A DNA stretch of 64,000 bases from the IMG/VR virus record IMGVR_UViG_3300045115_000211, positions 32,001 to 96,000 of that record, one strand, 5' to 3'. Positions 10,378 to 20,994 of the stretch are shown piece after piece. The notes beneath the pieces were generated by a model. That model saw only the letters and a program-made list of their open reading frames with translations. It did no database searches and was not told the DNA's origin. How positions within the stretch are numbered: position 1 is the stretch's first letter; every line of letters begins with the position of its first letter. A program made the translations under genes and the position numbers. Source of the stretch: a virus.

Positions 10378-11174
10378 CAAAACCAGTTAGTGGAACCAAA
10401 GAATGGGCTTGCCATTCCGTCAACATTCAGACGGGATGCGAAAACGACTGCAGATATGGGTATTGCAAGGCCCAAGCCATCAGGTTCGGGAAGGCGACTC
10501 CCGAGTCTTGGAGCCATCCAGTAATCAACCAAAAGGCAGTCAACCAAAAGAGAAGGAAATTGGACGGAACCGTGATGTATCCTACCCAGCACGACATCAC
10601 TCCCGCCAATCTATTGCCATCCATCGGGGTGCTCTGCAAGATGCTGGCCGCCGGCAACAAGGTCCTGATCGTGTCCAAGCCCCACCTGGAATGCGTGCAG
10701 GCCATGGTCACGCAGCTCGACCAGTGGAGGGGACGGGTTCTCTTCCGCTTCACCATCGGCTCGGTCGATGACGATGTGCTCGGCTTCTGGGAGCCGCACG
10801 CCCCCAAGTTCGGCGAACGCCTCAAGGCGTTGCGGCACGCCTATGCCAACGGGTTCGAGACCAGCGTATCGTGCGAGCCGATGCTGGACGACCACGTCCG
10901 GGATGTCATCGAGGAGGTCAGGCCGTATGTCACGGACGCCGTCTGGATCGGCAAACCCAACAAACTGATGTTGCGCGCCGGCATGAACATGGGGTCGCTA
11001 CCTGAGGCGTCGGAGACAATCAAGAGAGCCAACATCCTGATCTCTACGTTCACGGACGACTTCGTCTGGACCCTGTACCGCCAGTACGATGACGACCCGA
11101 TGGTGAAGTGGAAGGACTCGATCAAGCAGGTCATCGGCCTGCCGCGACCGACGGTCAAGGGGATGGACAAGTGA
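10374..11174 (+). CDS. radical-SAM-like protein (SplB/DUF5131-like)
   Basis: NIQTGCENDCRYGYC, LIVSKP, RFTIGS, WEP.AP, SVSCEPML. Confidence 0.75.
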   Translation: MTKPVSGTKEWACHSVNIQTGCENDCRYGYCKAQAIRFGKATPESWSHPVINQKAVNQKRRKLDGTVMYPTQHDITPANLLPSIGVLCKMLAAGNKVLIVSKPHLECVQAMVTQLDQWRGRVLFRFTIGSVDDDVLGFWEPHAPKFGERLKALRHAYANGFETSVSCEPMLDDHVRDVIEEVRPYVTDAVWIGKPNKLMLRAGMNMGSLPEASETIKRANILISTFTDDFVWTLYRQYDDDPMVKWKDSIKQVIGLPRPTVKGMDK

Positions 11175-11349
11175 AGGAAGATGAACGGGCGTTTGGATTC
11201 GGGCAAGACCCACAGGTTCGCCTTCTCCCCAGGGCCGCCAGGTGGCCGAGGATGGTCACGCGGGAGGAATTCGAGACGATGGAGAGGGCAAGGAAAGAAA
11301 CCAAGTGCGTACTGTGCGAGGCTGGGATACCCCTCAGGAGGGCAATGGC

Positions 11350-11826
11350 ATGACGACCGACACGTCCGCGGTAGACAGGGACATCGAGCGCGAACTTTCT
11401 GATCAGGATGTCTACCCTCCCGACCTCGTGGTCGCCATGACCATCTGGGGAGAGGCGAGGGGCGAGCCGGTCGATGGCAAGCGGGCCGTGGCGGGAGTCA
11501 TCAGCAACCGCGCCGTCCGGCGCAGCATCAGGACGGGCTATCCCGTCTTCCTGGCCGCGTCGGAGGTTTGCCTCGCCCCGCGCCAGTTCAGTTGCTGGAA
11601 GGACGGCAAGTTCGTCCAGCAGAAGCCCGACGAGTCCTCGGACGCCTGGGTCGACTGCGTCGCGGCCGCCAAGGAAATCTTCCTCGACTCCTACGACCCG
11701 CCCACTGGCGCCACGCACTACTACGCCGTGGGGGCGTGCGAGCGTCCAAGCTGGGCCGACAGGATGGAGTACGTCGGCAAGGTCGGAAGGCACCTGTTCT
11801 ACTTCGAGGACGGATGGAGGGGCTGA
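11350..11826 (+). CDS. cell wall hydrolase (SleB/Hydrolase_2)
   Basis: TIWGEARGE, VAGVISNR, QFSCW, TGATHYY, GRHLFY. Confidence 0.9.
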   Translation: MTTDTSAVDRDIERELSDQDVYPPDLVVAMTIWGEARGEPVDGKRAVAGVISNRAVRRSIRTGYPVFLAASEVCLAPRQFSCWKDGKFVQQKPDESSDAWVDCVAAAKEIFLDSYDPPTGATHYYAVGACERPSWADRMEYVGKVGRHLFYFEDGWRG

Positions 11827-12522
11827 CCATGGGCGAGAATTGCGGCTTCGAGCCTATCCTGTGCTTCGCTAGGAACGCCAGGCAGACGCCTGACGAGGTC
11901 TTCGACATGCTGCAGGAGCGCATGATGGCCCTGCTCGGCAAGGCGTACGCCGACAAGGGGATGGGGACCTGCGTGTGGGACGGCAAGGCGAGCGAAGAGG
12001 AGTCCGGGGCGCTGTCGGACTGGCAGGCGTCTTCCGTCCTGCTCACGGCCGAAGACTTCGACCGCCTCGGGGCACCCCTTGGCCTGTCCATGGCGGACGT
12101 GCTCGGGCGGCCGCGGGTGCCCAAGGCGTACGGGGACGCCATCGCGAGGCGCATCAAGGCCTCGCGCGACGCCGGCATCGATCCCGTGGCGTGCTTCGTC
12201 ACGCTGTCGGCGTTCGACCGGATTGGCGACATGGTGGCCGACCGCAAGGCGATGAGCGAGACGCAAAGGGAGGGCATGGCATGACTGGCATAGCTGGATG
12301 GACCTCGTGGATTCTTCGGCTGAACGGCCGGTACGACTCCCTCAAGGACAGGGCAAGGCTGGCGATCCTGGTCGCCCTCGTCATGCCCTTCATCGTTCTC
12401 GTCAACGTGGGATGTGCCATCTGGTCGTTCCCCGTGCTATTGCTTGGTTTCGCATGGTTCGGGGTGTTGTTCTGCTTCAGGATGGCGTGGCTGTGCGGAT
12501 CCAGGACGAGGAGGGCCGGCTG

Positions 12523-13041
12523 ATGGGCAACACGAAGTCCGCATGGACAAGGACATCGGACGGCGAGGCGAAGGGCGAGGCCACCCTCGTCATCCTCAAG
12601 CCCGACGCGGTCGCCCGCGGCCTGATCGGAGAGATCGTGGGGAGGCTGGAGCGCAAGGGTCTTGAGATCCTGGCAATGCGGATGCACCCCATCAGCAAGG
12701 CGGAGGCCGTCGCGCTCTACTCCGAGCACGAGGGGAAGCTGTTCTTCGACAGGCTGGTCGGGTTCACGGTGTCCGGACCGTCCGTTCTCATGGTCGTCCG
12801 CGGCAACAACGCCATCGACGTCGTGAGGGCGATGATGGGGGCGACCGACTGCGCGAAGGCGGCCCCAGGGACGATCCGCGGCGACCTCGGAATCACGTCC
12901 TTCGAGAAGACCCTGGTGCATGCCTCAAGGACGCCGCAGGACTTCGACAGGGAGTGGCACATCTTCGAATGGCATGGCGACGCCCATCGGCTTCCCTACA
13001 GGTCGGATCGCGGTTCGGCCTATTCGGAGATGGACGAATGA
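12523..13041 (+). CDS. ndk: nucleoside diphosphate kinase
   Basis: TLVILKPDAVARGLIGEI, APGTIRGD, VHAS catalytic His. Confidence 0.93.
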   Translation: MGNTKSAWTRTSDGEAKGEATLVILKPDAVARGLIGEIVGRLERKGLEILAMRMHPISKAEAVALYSEHEGKLFFDRLVGFTVSGPSVLMVVRGNNAIDVVRAMMGATDCAKAAPGTIRGDLGITSFEKTLVHASRTPQDFDREWHIFEWHGDAHRLPYRSDRGSAYSEMDE

Positions 13042-13497
13042 GCGGCGACAAGGACGGCGGGTTGCCAAGGTTCTTCTGCGGCCAATGCGGGGGGCTTTGG
13101 TGCGTGTGGTGGGGAGGGGACGCCCCGTACGTCTACGGGTTCGTCGACCGGGCCACGGCCGAGCGACTGACGAACGAACTCAACAGGCGCCTCGATGCCC
13201 TGGTCAAGGGAAGGGATGGGGCGAAATGATCGAGGCACGCGACACGGAGAAGTACGGCAGGCTCAGCGACGGCGAGCGCGAGAGGCTTGGAAGGCAGCTC
13301 GGCATGCTCGGCGACCGCGGAAGGATATGCTCCGGCACGAAGGGGGAGGTCGAGGACGAGATCGTCAAGTGGGTCGAGGAGCTCCGGATGGAGTTCCCAT
13401 CGACCTACAGGTCGCACAGCACCTGCAGGGCCCATGCCGTGAGGCTGGCGAACCGTATAATGGGGATAGTCGAGGCAAAGAAAGGGAAGGAAGCAAC

Positions 13498-14091
13498 ATG
13501 AGGACGAGCGGCAACCTGGTCCCGATCGTGATCGAGCAGACGCAGCGCGGGGAGAGGGCATACGACATCTACTCGCGGCTCCTCAAGGACCGCATCCTGT
13601 TCATCGGCACCGGGATCGATGACGAGGTCGCGAACAGCGTCATCGCCCAGCTCCTCTTCCTGCAGGGCGACGACGCCGAGAAGGAGGTCAGCCTCTACAT
13701 CAACTCGCCCGGCGGGCACGTCACGGCGGGGCTGGCGATCTACGACACCATCCGGTTCCTCAAGTGCCCCGTGGCGACCTACTGCGTCGGGCAGGCCGCC
13801 AGCATGGCGGCGGTGCTCCTGTCGGCCGGCACGAAGGGCAAGCGGTTCGCCCTCCCGAACGCGAGGGTGATGATCCACCAGCCGTGGGGCGGGGCGCAGG
13901 GGCAGGCGTCCGACGTCGAGATCCAGGCGAGGGAGATCGTCAGGGTCAAGGCCCGCATCAACGAGATCCTCGCCGCCACGACCGGCAAGCCCCTCAAGGC
14001 CGTCGAGAAGGACACGGACCGCGACTTCTTCATGGACGCCGACGAGGCCGTCAAGTACGGCATCGTGGACAAGGTCGTCGGGAAGCCGTGA
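13498..14091 (+). CDS. clpP: ATP-dependent Clp protease proteolytic subunit
   Basis: [36 protein letters not shown]. Confidence 0.97.
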   Translation: MRTSGNLVPIVIEQTQRGERAYDIYSRLLKDRILFIGTGIDDEVANSVIAQLLFLQGDDAEKEVSLYINSPGGHVTAGLAIYDTIRFLKCPVATYCVGQAASMAAVLLSAGTKGKRFALPNARVMIHQPWGGAQGQASDVEIQAREIVRVKARINEILAATTGKPLKAVEKDTDRDFFMDADEAVKYGIVDKVVGKP

Positions 14092-14313
14092 GCCCTGATC
14101 TCGTCAGAGTGGCCGCGATCCTGCCGTTCTGGCGGTACGCGGTCGGGCCCGCGTCGTCGCACTCCGCGGCCGTCCCGTTCTACAGGCTCGGGTCGGCAGA
14201 GGCGTTCTTCGAGGAGACGAGGCGCAGTCTTCCTTGGGCCGGGTGCGTGCTCTACCGGAGGCGAGGATGGAGCGGGATCGAGACGTTGAGGGAGCACGAG
14301 CCGGCAAAGGCGG

Positions 14314-14342
14314 TTGACTCCCAAGGGAACGGATGATAGGAT
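14314..14342 (+). promoter_or_regulatory. sigma70-like promoter, leaderless start of ligase
   Basis: TTGACT-17bp-TAGGAT, ATG 7 nt later. Confidence 0.75.
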
Positions 14343-14349
14343 TCTGCCC

Positions 14350-16296
14350 ATGGGAACGAACCTCCACCAGCATTCCTGGCACACGAACGTCGCCGAGCTC
14401 GAAGGCCTGATCCGCTACCACCAGCGGCTCTACTATGATCTGAACGCCCCCGAGATCAGCGACGCCGACTTCGACGCGATGTGGGAGAGGCTCAACGAGC
14501 TGGCCCCCCATTCGCCCGTCCTCATGGAACGGTCGCAGTTCGACGCCGACTACCAGCACGCCTTCCCCATGGGGTCGCTGGAGAAGTGCAAGACCCCCGA
14601 GGAGATCGTCCGCCGCCTGGGCGGCAAGTCCAGGGACAACAAGGGCACGGTCACGGCCAAGCTGGACGGGGCGTCCCTGACGGTCCACTACGAGAACGGC
14701 AGGATCGTCCGCGCCGTCACCCGCGGCAGGACGGAGACGGGCAAGGGCAAGATCGTGACGGCGAACGCCCTGGCCATCCCGTCCATCCCAAGGACCATCC
14801 CGATCAACAACCCCGTCGAGGTCCGCGGCGAGTGCGTCATCCTCCTGTCCGACTGGGCGTCCATCGCCGACAAGTACAAGAACCCCCGCAACGCCGCCAG
14901 CGGCGGCCTGTCGTGCCAGGACCCCCGCGAGACGGCGGCGAGGAAGATCACCTTCGTCGCCTGCAAGGTCGTCAGGTACATGCGGACGATCATCGACACG
15001 CAGCCGCTCGCCGAGCTCGTCAACTGGGGCTTCGTCGTTCCCAGGGCGATGGACGTCGACCTGTCGAGCGTCGAGGGCGTCAAGGAGCTCATCGAGACCT
15101 GGCTGGAATGCCGCAGCTCTCTGGACTACTGGAACGACGGCATCGTGGTCCGCATCGCCGACCAGGACGTCTACAACAGCCTCGGGTTCTCCGGCGTGTG
15201 CCCCAACGGGGCCTGCGCCTACAAGTTCGAGAACGAGAGGGCGAGGACCGTCCTGCGCAGGATCGAGACGGAGACCGGCAGGCTGGGCTTCGTGACCCCC
15301 GTGGCGGTCTTTGACCCCGTCGAGCTCGGCGGGGCGACGGTCGAGCGATGCTCGCTCCACAACTGGGAGTGGATGAGGGTCCACGGCAACCCGTCCATAG
15401 GGGCCGAGATCACGGTCGAGAAGTGCGGGGACATCATCCCCGGCCTCGCGTCGGTCGAGAAGCCCGGCAACGGGGACACGGGCGAGCCGGTCGCCTGCCC
15501 GTCGTGCGGGTGCTCTCCCCTCGTCAGGGTCGACACGCAGGACGGCGAGGGCCGCAAGCTCAAGTGCGCCAACGGAATGGCGTGCCCGGCGCAGCGCCGC
15601 GACGCGATCCTCAACATCCTCCGCAAGCTGGAGATCAAGGGGATGGCGGAGACGACCCTCGACAAGATCGTGGCGGCAGGGCTCGTCAAGGACCCGTGGG
15701 ACATCTTCGCCGTCAGCGACGACCTCTCGAAGGCCGGACTCGGGGACGGCGAGATCCGCAACATCCTGGGCGAGCTGCGGGGGCGCCAAGGCAAGCCGAC
15801 CAACATCCTGGCCGCCGTGGGGGTCGAGGGCTGGGGGCGCAGGATGTTCGCCAAGCTCCAGAAGAACGCCCCGGCGTTCACGGACGACCGCCTTCTGTCG
15901 GGAGACTTCCCGTACGAGGAGGTCAGGGACGCCGTCGGCCCGGCGAAGGCGCGGGTGCTGTCCCTGGCGTTCGCCGAGGGGTCGTACCACAGGCTGTTCC
16001 TGCAGGGTCTGCTCAAGTGGGTCGCGCCCGTCGCCAAGGAAGCTGGCGATGCGACCAACGCCGTTGGCGGAAGCCTTTCCGGCAAGACCTTCCTGCTCAC
16101 GGGCACGCTGTCCAAGTCCCGCAAGCTCGTCGAGGCGGACATCGTGGCCGCCGGCGGCGCGATCGCCTCGGGGGTCAGCAAGAACCTGGACTTCCTCGTC
16201 GTCGGAGACGACCCGGGGTCGAAGGTCGACAAGGCCGCGAAGCTGGGAGTGAAGACGCTGGACGAAGCGGAACTGTACGCGATGATCGGCGGATGA
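14350..16296 (+). CDS. ligA: NAD-dependent DNA ligase
   Basis: ISDADFD, MGSLEK, KLDG, EVRGE, NPRNAASG, DGIV, AYKF, Zn finger, C-terminal BRCT. Confidence 0.95.
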   Translation: MGTNLHQHSWHTNVAELEGLIRYHQRLYYDLNAPEISDADFDAMWERLNELAPHSPVLMERSQFDADYQHAFPMGSLEKCKTPEEIVRRLGGKSRDNKGTVTAKLDGASLTVHYENGRIVRAVTRGRTETGKGKIVTANALAIPSIPRTIPINNPVEVRGECVILLSDWASIADKYKNPRNAASGGLSCQDPRETAARKITFVACKVVRYMRTIIDTQPLAELVNWGFVVPRAMDVDLSSVEGVKELIETWLECRSSLDYWNDGIVVRIADQDVYNSLGFSGVCPNGACAYKFENERARTVLRRIETETGRLGFVTPVAVFDPVELGGATVERCSLHNWEWMRVHGNPSIGAEITVEKCGDIIPGLASVEKPGNGDTGEPVACPSCGCSPLVRVDTQDGEGRKLKCANGMACPAQRRDAILNILRKLEIKGMAETTLDKIVAAGLVKDPWDIFAVSDDLSKAGLGDGEIRNILGELRGRQGKPTNILAAVGVEGWGRRMFAKLQKNAPAFTDDRLLSGDFPYEEVRDAVGPAKARVLSLAFAEGSYHRLFLQGLLKWVAPVAKEAGDATNAVGGSLSGKTFLLTGTLSKSRKLVEADIVAAGGAIASGVSKNLDFLVVGDDPGSKVDKAAKLGVKTLDEAELYAMIGG

Positions 16297-18397
16297 CATG
16301 GCGACAGCCACGGGTAAGGTCAAGATGGCGGTTGCGGTCGTCAAGGCGCTCCGCGCGTCCTGGGAGACGCCGTCCGCGTCCGACCCGGATGTCAAGCGAT
16401 GGGCCGGCAAGCCGCTCAACGAGCTCAAGAGGAAGCACGACTGGGCCGTCCAGGCGATAAGCGCGATGACGTGGAACACGATGCTGGCCGGAGGGCCAGT
16501 CACTCCGCTCGGGAGGCGGAAGCGATAGCCAACGGGAGCCGAAAACATGTCACACACGACACAGGGAAGGGTGGCGACGTTCATCCACGACGGAGGCGTC
16601 GAAGGGGTGGAACTGCTTCCAAGGGAGGTCACATGAGGACCCAGGTATTCGCCCATCGCGGCATCGTGGGCATCAAGTCGAACCCGGACGCCGAGGGGCT
16701 GCTCAACAGGCCCATGGACCCCGGACAGCTCGGCTTCGTCGTGGACGGCGCACACGTGGACATCCACCCCGACGCCATCGAAGCCCTGAAGACGGTCAAG
16801 AAGTCTGCCGACTGCATCGGCGACGTCGATGTGTTCAGGGGGAACGACGGCAAGGTCGTCTTCTCATGGCTGGGCGGGCCCATGCGCATAATCGATCCCG
16901 CCACCTGCGACGGGAGCCGCGACTATGACCCGAGCCTGCTTGTGCCCAACCCGGGCGTGCAAGTCGATCCCGACTTCGTGGCATGCGTCGAGAGCAAGTT
17001 CGCGGGGGCGCCAACCCAAGCGGGACCCGGCGCGAAGGAGGAATGACGATGCACCTTCAATACGAGCACCACGGGACGATGGTCTGGGTCAGGGAAGACC
17101 TCAAGGGCAAGCACAGGTCGTTCCGCCTGTGCCACTCGTGCGCCAGGTTCAAGCCTGGGCAGCCCGACAACTGCCACATCGCAAACGACACCTACCAGAA
17201 CTGCGTCAGGCACGGCCTGACGACCCCCGTGTTCGAGTGCCCAGCCTTCGACCACCGCAAGGACAGGCCGACGTCGGGGCAGGTCGTCACGCTGGAGGAG
17301 GCCAAGCAGGACGAAGGGCTGCGCAAGGAGCTGGCGGGAGCCATGGTCATGATCCGCTCGCGGGAGCATGGCGCCTTCTGGCGGGAGAACTGCTGCGGAT
17401 ACACCGACCAGGCGTGGCAGGCAGGCGCCTACAGGTTCGAGGACGCCTACGAGAACACGTCCCATTGCGACAGGAGCAAGGGCATCGAGTTCGTCGTGCT
17501 CTAGGAGGACCGCCATGGGAAAGCTATACGTCGTGAGGGACGCCACCGGCAGGCAATGGCTGTGCCCGTCGAAGCCTGTGCTCGTCGGCTCTCCGCCGAA
17601 CAGGCGTTGGGAGATCAAGGTAAGCCCGATCGACACGGTGGGGGTGTGCAAGGAGAACGGCTGCATCATGCTGGGGCCGGTAGACGCCCTCGACAGGTCG
17701 TGCTTCGACGGCGAGGACGAGTGGAAGGCATACCCGGTCGGGATCGCCCTGTGACAGCGGGACGAACATTGGAGCGCGGATGGACCGGGGCTTGACCGTC
17801 GGCTGTAGAATGCCAGTATGTCGAAGTTCATGAGACAAGAGCAGGGGGATCGAGTTCGTCATCCTGCGGGATGCGTTGTGGGCGGCGAAAGGACAAACGG
17901 GAAGACCTGCAAGAGGCAGGACGGGTGCTCCACTCACGCATGGACGAGCCTCAAAAGCGGTCCTTGCCAATCCAAGGACTCGTGCAAGGACTACAAGCCC
18001 GTGTCCGCCACCTCGCTTCTTCCTCGGCTTCACAGCCACCCGACGCTTGAGCGCAAGCTCGGCGTTCCAGAGGGGCATGCCATCATCGACTCCGAGGCGT
18101 TCCTCTTGCTGCGCGAAATCCACGGCATGGGTCCCATCCGCCGCAAGCCCGACGTGCCGCGCGACAGGCGCGGCGTGAACGTCGGCGAATGGATCGACGC
18201 GAACTGAGGCGAGCATCCATGGCCGACTGCGTCATGTGTGGAGCCCCAATCCCGGACCGGCAGCGCACCTGCAGCATGTGCTACGGCGATCCCGACCACG
18301 GGAGCGACGGCTACTACAGGCGGTGGCTTGAGGAACAGGCAAGACAGGCCGAGGAACGCCGGCAAGAGCCGGAACCGCAGGAGCGGTAGAATGGGAT

Positions 18398-18997
18398 ATG
18401 CCGAAGTTCAGCGTCATCCTGGCGGATCCTCCCTGGCGCTTCGCCCCCATGGGCATAGACCCGTCGGTCGTCGCCGACAGGTACAAGGGCAGGTCTGCCG
18501 AGAGCCACTACGACACGATGGGCAGCCAGGAGTTGACGAGTCTCCCGGTGGCGAGCATAGCCGGCAATCCGTCCGTGCTGTTCCTGTGGACGACCAGCCC
18601 CTTCCTGTCGCACGCCATCTGCACGATGTCCGCATGGGGGTTCCGGTACAAGACCGTCGCCTTCGCATGGATCAAGCAGAACAAGGCGGGGACTGACTGG
18701 GCTTCCGGGATGGGGTGGTACACGCTGTCCAACGTCGAGCTGTGCATCCTCGGGACCAAGGGGGCCACCCTCAAGCGGCAATGCCGGAACGTGAGGCAAC
18801 TCGTCGTGGCACCGAGGCGCGAGCACAGCAGGAAGCCCGACGAGGTCAGGGCACGGATCGAGCGGATGTACGGCCCCGTGCCCAAGGTCGAGCTGTTCGC
18901 GCGGGAGCGGGCCGACGGGTGGACGTGTCTCGGCAACGAGGTGACTGGGAACGACATGGCCGAGGACATCATGGCCTTGGCGGAGGAGCGGCGATGA
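18398..18997 (+). CDS. MT-A70 family adenine methyltransferase
   Basis: VILADPPW, LFLWTT, WGFRYKT.AFAW.K, EHSRKP, ELFAR. Confidence 0.93.
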   Translation: MPKFSVILADPPWRFAPMGIDPSVVADRYKGRSAESHYDTMGSQELTSLPVASIAGNPSVLFLWTTSPFLSHAICTMSAWGFRYKTVAFAWIKQNKAGTDWASGMGWYTLSNVELCILGTKGATLKRQCRNVRQLVVAPRREHSRKPDEVRARIERMYGPVPKVELFARERADGWTCLGNEVTGNDMAEDIMALAEERR

Positions 18998-19256
18998 GCA
19001 CGAACTACGTCCAGCATGGCAAGATCGGGTGCCCGGTGTGCGGTAAGCAACGCGACCACCTCAAGATATGGCGCAACATAGGCGGGGTTCCATACTGCGC
19101 CTGCGAGGACTGCATCGACCTGTCCTTGGACGACCCATGCGAGACGAAGGAGAAGCTCGTCGAGGCGCTGCTCAGGATGGGGTTCAGGGCCGGCAGGGAG
19201 CACACTTCCGGGCAGGTCACAGGCTTCCTGTCCCGCCTCTCGGATCCTAAAGGCCG

Positions 19257-19285
19257 TTGACTCCACCCTGCGGATTTGGCATCAT
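19257..19285 (+). promoter_or_regulatory. sigma70-like promoter
   Basis: TTGACT-17bp-CATCAT. Confidence 0.7.
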
Positions 19286-19810
19286 CGCTGTGGTCACGGC
19301 GACAGGCAATCCATGCGCATCCTCGTGGACAGGGAGAACGCGGTGGTGGACGAGCTCAGGGCCAAGATGGCCAAGCCCGACCGCAGGCCGGCGTACCGCA
19401 CCGCCACCAGGGACTTCGTCGTGGACGGGTGGGACGGCGAAATGCCGATCCTTCGGGGGATGGGGCAGGTGGCCGTCGCGAGGGGGCAGACCCTGAAGAT
19501 CCCCAGGATGATGAGGCACGGGTACCTCGGCGTCACGGCGGACCTCGACGGGGACGGGACGGTGCAGGCCGTGATGCCGCATCGCGACGACAGGATCGCC
19601 GACCTGCGCTGGACGCGGGAGCCGACGGGCTTCGACCCGCAGGACGACGCCGACAGGAGGTTCGACGAGATGGTCGGGGGACAGGAGGACATCTTCCAAT
19701 GAGCGACTTCGAGAAGGACAGCGACTGTGTGGCGTACGCCCTCAACCTGTGGGCCAACTTCATCGAGACGGGAGACCTCACGTTGACGCACGACGATGTC
19801 GTCGGCCATC

Positions 19811-20923
19811 TTAAGGCTCTTGAATCCAACGACCAGACGTTCTCATGCCGCCACGAGAGGCAGACTCTGTTCGGCAAGCTGAAGGTCCTGACTGGGGACC
19901 AGAAGGCGTTCGTGGCGAGGCTGCGGGAACTTGCCAAAAAGCACAGGACTGCGTCTTGATGTGACGAGACAACGCATCTGAAGAGCATTTGAATTTCCTG
20001 TCCAGAAAAACGGTGGCATCGTGATAGAGGTATTGGTACATCCGAAAGAAGTTGCGCATCCCGTTGTGCTCGATCCTTACGACCCTTCCGCTTCGGGAGT
20101 TGTTTCTCGGTTTGGCTCTCCTCATTCCGCACTCGCGGCACACGACTTCATCAACATGGTTGATGAATTCAATCGTTCCTATCATTCCGAACGAGCAACT
20201 GCCAGAGTTTGTCTTACTGATAGACCACCAGCCATCCCCATCGAAGTACCCCCGGATGAAATGCCTAACAAGGTTTTCTCTGATGTGGGGGAATGTCAGG
20301 CTTTCGGATTTCCTTGGCGTAACGCCACACGAAATAAGAGCCTTTGCAACAAGGCTGGAAAAGACTTTCAAATGAGTTCTGTGCCGAGTTTTCCCCGTTT
20401 GTTTGTCAATGTACTGGTCGAAGGAGATGGGATGGTCGGATTTCATAGCCGACCTAATCTTTTCCAAGTGCCCACAGTCCTTCCTGTTCAAACACAGCCT
20501 GAACCCTCGTGTTTTGTTGTCGTTGTCGACGCACCCGTCGGCGGCAATGAACCCAAGCCAATAGGCCTTATCCTCGGAATCGATGCTATCAAAGAAGTGC
20601 TCATCGACGGCATGAGTTCTGCGATGTCTTGTCTCAAAGACGCCTTGTGTTTCGAGGATTTGCTTGACCTTGTTGTAATGGAGGTCAAAACTTCGTGCTA
20701 TCTTGCTGGTTGGACATCCATCAGCAAACATCCTTATGACCGCTTGGAGGGTCTCGTGTGGAACGGGACACTGATCTTGGGCTATCAGGGCCGCTCTCCT
20801 CAAACAACTCTTGACCGTATTGCGGCCCAACCCCATCTCGACGGACAGCCTTCTTATCGCTTGTCCCGCATTGAATCTACGGATGATTTCTTCCGTCACT
20901 TGCTCGGACAGTTTGGCTGGCAT
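19811..20923 (-). CDS. LAGLIDADG homing endonuclease with N-terminal HTH repeats
   Basis: KAYWLGFIAADG and HFIRGYFDGDG motifs; low GC; antisense to flanks. Confidence 0.9.
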   Translation of the reverse strand: MPAKLSEQVTEEIIRRFNAGQAIRRLSVEMGLGRNTVKSCLRRAALIAQDQCPVPHETLQAVIRMFADGCPTSKIARSFDLHYNKVKQILETQGVFETRHRRTHAVDEHFFDSIDSEDKAYWLGFIAADGCVDNDNKTRGFRLCLNRKDCGHLEKIRSAMKSDHPISFDQYIDKQTGKTRHRTHLKVFSSLVAKALISCGVTPRKSESLTFPHIRENLVRHFIRGYFDGDGWWSISKTNSGSCSFGMIGTIEFINHVDEVVCRECGMRRAKPRNNSRSGRVVRIEHNGMRNFFRMYQYLYHDATVFLDRKFKCSSDALSRHIKTQSCAFWQVPAASPRTPSGPQSGPSACRTESASRGGMRTSGRWIQEP

Positions 20924-20994
20924 ATTTCATCCTTCGATGCCGTCAATCAAAAACCCTTCTCGGGATGCTGGATGTTTCAACCATAGGAGATCAC

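Noticed and set aside
9393-10450. Group I intron or intein interpretation of the HNH insertion
   Set aside because: The 5' gene segment is duplicated rather than split, there is an in-frame stop, and no terminal G or intein ends are present
14104-16767. Very long minus-strand ORFs (887 aa here; also 27456-29372, 59613-61397 and others)
   Set aside because: Antisense shadows of high-GC + strand genes, with no motifs
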